Below, piece by piece: positions 60,382 through 64,000 of a stretch of 64,000 bases of DNA. The notes under the pieces are model-generated. The model ran no database searches, was not told the origin of the DNA, and saw only the letters and a list, made by a program, of their open reading frames with translations. The stretch covers positions 544,001 through 608,000 of the forward strand of contig CAWDGJ010000002.1 of NCBI GenBank assembly GCA_963801815.1, read 5' to 3'. The stretch's first letter is position 1; each line of letters begins with the position of its first letter. The position numbers were made by a program, and so were the translations under genes. The DNA comes from an uncultured Verrucomicrobiae bacterium. GTDB taxonomy: Bacteria > Verrucomicrobiota > Verrucomicrobiia > Chthoniobacterales > UBA10450.

Positions 60382-62255
60382 AACGGTTTATACCACTTGT
60401 TGTCTTGCTCGTGATGGCCGGTTGGATCGCTGGAAACTGGATGCCGCCCAAAATGGCAACTGGCGATGTCGATCTCACGAAATTCGGACAACTTCCGGTG
60501 TTGGTCGGCGGGCGGGTTAAACCGCTCGACACCGTCGCGCGCAATTCGCTCTTAATCATCCATGGCAAACAAGAGCTGCGACTCGAGAACGGCCGCAACT
60601 TGAGCGCGATTCAATGGCTGACCGACGTTCTCTTCAAAGCGTCGGTCGCGGACCAATACCCGGTGTTTCTGGTCCAAAACGACGAGGTCCTGGGCCTGTT
60701 TGGCTGGGAGCAAAGTCAGCGGAAATATTTCAGCTTCGTCGAGTTCTCACCGTTCCTAAAACAGATCGAAGAACAAGGCGACCAGGCGGACAAACTCGAG
60801 GCCGTGCAACGCTCCGCCTTTCAGAGCGCGATCCTGAATCTGCGAAATAGCCTCGTCCTCTATCAGCGGCTGAAGAACAGCGTTCAACTCGAAGGAACGC
60901 AAAACTTCGTGACCGAATTGAAAACCTACATCGCAAATGTTCCGGGAGCCGCCAAAGCGGCCACTCAGGCTCAGCGTGGCGAGAATTTCGATCGATCGAA
61001 ATTGAATGACGTAGCCGAGCTAATCCAAAAATACGAGAAGGCTTCGGAAATGGCTTATATCCTCGCTGTTCCACCGTTGGATCAGGGCAAAGATTGGCAT
61101 TCGATTGGAGACAGTTTGCTGCACTCGGTCGCGACGGGTGAAATTCATTCGATCGTTTTCGAATATGCGCAGATCGGGGACGCCTATCGTGCAGGCGATC
61201 ACGCAAGCTTTGATCAGCACGTCGATGTTGCGGCGAACTGGTTTGCGAAAGAACAACCAAACGCGGTCAAGCGAGCTTCCTTCGAGTCTTTGTTCAATCG
61301 CTTGCAACCGTTCAGCCAAAGCATGGCGCTTTACGTCCTCGCGTTTTTGCTGGCATGCGCTTCCTGGCTCGGCTGGAGCCGAACCCTTGCCCGCACGGCG
61401 TTTTATCTTTTGCTGCTCGCGCTCGCGATTCACAGCTTTGGACTGTTCTCGCGTATGTATCTGCAGGAGCGTCCGCCCGTCACAAACCTCTATTCATCGG
61501 CAATTTTCATCGGCTGGGGCGCGGTGATTGTCTCGCTGATTCTGGAACGGATTTTCCGGGATGGAATCGGCGCGGCCTGCGCAGGCGCGATCGGATTCGT
61601 CACCTTGATCATCGCGCACCATCTCGCTGGCAGCGGCGACACGCTCGAAATGTTACAGGCCGTCCTCGACACCAACATTTGGCTGGCGACGCACGTCGTT
61701 TGTATCACCACCGGCTACTCCGCAATGTTCCTGGCCGGAATGCTCGCCATCATCTACATCGTGCGTGGCGTTTTCACGAACTCACTGAAAAAGGAGACGG
61801 CCGATTCACTGGCGCGCATGACTTACGGCGTGGTTTGTTTCGCGACCCTGTTCAGCTTTGTCGGCACGGTGCTTGGCGGAATCTGGGCCGACCAGTCATG
61901 GGGACGCTTCTGGGGTTGGGACCCAAAAGAAAACGGCGCCGTGCTCATCGTCCTCTGGTGCGCGATCACTTTGCACGCACGCTGGGGCGGATTCATTCGT
62001 CAACGCGGACTAATGATGATGGCGGTCTTCGGAAACATCGTGACTAGTTTTTCCTGGTTCGGCGTGAACATGCTCGGCGTTGGGCTGCATTCCTATGGCT
62101 TCATGCAGAAAGCGTTTCCCTGGTTGCTTGGGTTTATGATCAGTCAGCTTGCGTTAATCACGATTGCGAGCATGCCTTTGGAACATTGGAAAAGTTTTCG
62201 CGCCGCGAGTAACGCATCGCCTGACGATCAGCTGTCTGCTCCAACAACAGCTTGA
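60378..62255 (+). CDS. ccsA: Cytochrome c biogenesis protein CcsA/ResC (System II)
   Basis: PVTNLY, WLATHV, GGIWADQSWGRFWGWDPKE, GLHSY. Confidence 0.92.
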   Translation: MKRFIPLVVLLVMAGWIAGNWMPPKMATGDVDLTKFGQLPVLVGGRVKPLDTVARNSLLIIHGKQELRLENGRNLSAIQWLTDVLFKASVADQYPVFLVQNDEVLGLFGWEQSQRKYFSFVEFSPFLKQIEEQGDQADKLEAVQRSAFQSAILNLRNSLVLYQRLKNSVQLEGTQNFVTELKTYIANVPGAAKAATQAQRGENFDRSKLNDVAELIQKYEKASEMAYILAVPPLDQGKDWHSIGDSLLHSVATGEIHSIVFEYAQIGDAYRAGDHASFDQHVDVAANWFAKEQPNAVKRASFESLFNRLQPFSQSMALYVLAFLLACASWLGWSRTLARTAFYLLLLALAIHSFGLFSRMYLQERPPVTNLYSSAIFIGWGAVIVSLILERIFRDGIGAACAGAIGFVTLIIAHHLAGSGDTLEMLQAVLDTNIWLATHVVCITTGYSAMFLAGMLAIIYIVRGVFTNSLKKETADSLARMTYGVVCFATLFSFVGTVLGGIWADQSWGRFWGWDPKENGAVLIVLWCAITLHARWGGFIRQRGLMMMAVFGNIVTSFSWFGVNMLGVGLHSYGFMQKAFPWLLGFMISQLALITIASMPLEHWKSFRAASNASPDDQLSAPTTA

Positions 62256-62293
62256 TACCATGATCGCCGCCCGATAGCATTTTGGATCGAACC

Positions 62294-62755
62294 ATGGAAG
62301 AACGAGGCCCTTCCAATTCGAAAACGTCCCGTCGACATTTTCTCGATCTCATTCTCGGGGCCAGTGCCCTGGCCTGGGTCGCGAGTATCGCGTATCCGGT
62401 CATTCGTTATCTCAAGCCGCTTCCGCAAACCGGGCCGACTGGACCAACTCATTTAACGCGTGACGAGGCAGCCAAGCTCGAGCAAAACAAATTCGTCATC
62501 GTACCGGTGAGCGGCCAGCGGGTGATTGTGTTGCAATCGCAGGACCAGTTGTTCGCGTTTGGCGCGAAATGCACCCACGAAGGTTGCACAATTACTTATT
62601 TGCCAGGGCAATCGGTCATGTGGTGCCCGTGTCACGATGGCCGGTTCGACATGAACGGCCGCGTTCTTTCCGGTCCGCCACCCCAACCACTCACGAAGTA
62701 CATCGCCCAACGCCAACCCGACGGCAGCATCATCGTTTCTGAACAACACGCCTGA
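62294..62755 (+). CDS. Rieske [2Fe-2S] subunit of a Rieske/cytochrome b complex
   Basis: Tat motif SRRHFL, CTHEGC, CPCHDG, GPPPQPL. Confidence 0.92.
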   Translation: MEERGPSNSKTSRRHFLDLILGASALAWVASIAYPVIRYLKPLPQTGPTGPTHLTRDEAAKLEQNKFVIVPVSGQRVIVLQSQDQLFAFGAKCTHEGCTITYLPGQSVMWCPCHDGRFDMNGRVLSGPPPQPLTKYIAQRQPDGSIIVSEQHA

Positions 62756-62783
62756 CAACAATAAGCCGAAGGGCGGCGGTCTG

Positions 62784-64000
62784 ATGGGCTGGATCGATCG
62801 ACGTTATCAAATAACGCCGCTTTTCGAATTTTTGCGGCACAAAGAAGTGCCGATCGGTTCGCACTGGATGGGTTGGTATTACCTCGGAGGTGTGACGATG
62901 TTTTTCTTCATCGTCCAGGTAATCACCGGCGTGCTCTTGCTGATGTATTATCAACCGGGCGAAGCGACTTCCTACGAAAGCATTCGATTCTTGACCACAA
63001 AAGTCCCGTTCGGGTGGCTCATTAGATCAATTCACAGTTGGAGCGCGCACCTGATGATCATCTCACTGCTGCTCCACATGTTCAGCACGATGATGTTGAA
63101 AGCGTATCGCCCGCCGCGCGAAATCACCTGGGTCTCGGGATATCTTCTGTTTTTGTTGACCCTCGGTTTCGGTTTTTCCGGCTATCTGTTGCCGTGGAAT
63201 AAGCTGGCTTATTTCGCGACGACGGTGGGCACGAATATCGTGCAGTCAGTGCCGTTGTTGGGCGATTGGCTGTTGCAGGTTCTGCGCGGCGGACACGATG
63301 TCACGATCAACACGCTTTACCGGTTCTTTGCCGGGCATGTCGTGATTCTGCCGCTCGCCTTCGTCGGATTGATCGGCTTGCACTTGCTTTTGATTCAACG
63401 CCAGGGAATGGCACCGCCGGTTGGTGCGACGACCGCGCCGCGCGGAATGAAGTTTTTCCCAAGCTTCGCATTGCGCGACCTGTTGCTCTGGTTCGCGTGC
63501 TTGATGTTGCTCGCCACCCTCGCCGTTTTTCTACCTTACGGTCCCGGAATTCCCGGAATGGACTGGGAGCTCGGCGATAAAGCCGACCCATTCGCGCCGG
63601 CTTATCCAGGAATTAAACCGGAATGGTATTTCCTTTGGGAGTATCAACTGCTGAAGGAATTTCCTCCGCATCTCTTCGGACTCGAAGGACCTCAAATCTG
63701 TTTGTTCGTGATCGCGATCCTGCTTGGCATTTGGGCGATCATCCCCTGGTTGGATCGGCGCGCTTTTCGCAATGTGCACTCACCCGCATTCAGTGATTTT
63801 GGCTGGGCCGCGATTCTGTTCCTGACCTATCTGACGCTGATGGGCTGGGACATCGGTGCGAAAAGCGGAAGCGATGACCCCTCCTCATTGCAGAAAATTG
63901 CGCACACTTGCGCGTTGTGGACTTTGGGCGCAGGCGCCGTCGTCGCAATCGTCCGGGCCTGGCGGTTCGAGCATCGCTGGTTCATTCTCACCGGCGCAGC
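62784..64000 (+). CDS. Cytochrome b of a Rieske/cytb complex (partial, runs off the window; absent from the ORF track)
   Basis: Manual translation: YYLGG..ITGVLL..RSIHSWSAH..LLH..REITW..GYLLPW..H..H..IKPEWYFL. Confidence 0.92.
   Translation, partial: MGWIDRRYQITPLFEFLRHKEVPIGSHWMGWYYLGGVTMFFFIVQVITGVLLLMYYQPGEATSYESIRFLTTKVPFGWLIRSIHSWSAHLMIISLLLHMFSTMMLKAYRPPREITWVSGYLLFLLTLGFGFSGYLLPWNKLAYFATTVGTNIVQSVPLLGDWLLQVLRGGHDVTINTLYRFFAGHVVILPLAFVGLIGLHLLLIQRQGMAPPVGATTAPRGMKFFPSFALRDLLLWFACLMLLATLAVFLPYGPGIPGMDWELGDKADPFAPAYPGIKPEWYFLWEYQLLKEFPPHLFGLEGPQICLFVIAILLGIWAIIPWLDRRAFRNVHSPAFSDFGWAAILFLTYLTLMGWDIGAKSGSDDPSSLQKIAHTCALWTLGAGAVVAIVRAWRFEHRWFILTGA

Overview
A 64-kb window of a moderately GC-rich bacterial chromosome. 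It is most likely Verrucomicrobia (Chthoniobacterales-like), inferred from gene content only. It has three parts. (1) 1-12.3 kb is housekeeping: bamA end, skp/ompH, cell-wall enzymes, lipB, ruvC, an ABC transporter and a UBact-prcB-prcA proteasome cassette whose 58-aa UBact ORF is missing from the ORF track. (2) About 12.3-52.2 kb is a ~40-kb hypoxia/dormancy-type stress island. It holds five USP genes, Hsp20, a CBS protein, a PRTase, an erythromycin-esterase-like protein, a CtpF-like ATPase, a P1B-4 ATPase, fermentative enzymes and several tiny membrane peptides. Its transcription units share a 21-bp-period direct repeat, (G/A/C)CAA-N17-(G/A/C)CAA-N9-(A/G)G, with a -10-like hexamer about 31 nt further on; I found 16 copies. 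Two PocR-sensor AraC regulators and a sensor-less AraC sit inside the island, so it looks like a DosR-regulon-like programme wired to AraC-type control. (3) 52.3-64 kb is a porin-cytochrome electron-transfer cluster: MtrA/DmsE-like multiheme lipoprotein, MtrB-like porin, three monoheme c cytochromes, a NapC/NirT-type multiheme protein, System II maturation genes, a Rieske protein and cytochrome b. Four genes are split by single +1 base insertions, probably sequencing errors. All calls are by motif and family recognition; no database searches were run.
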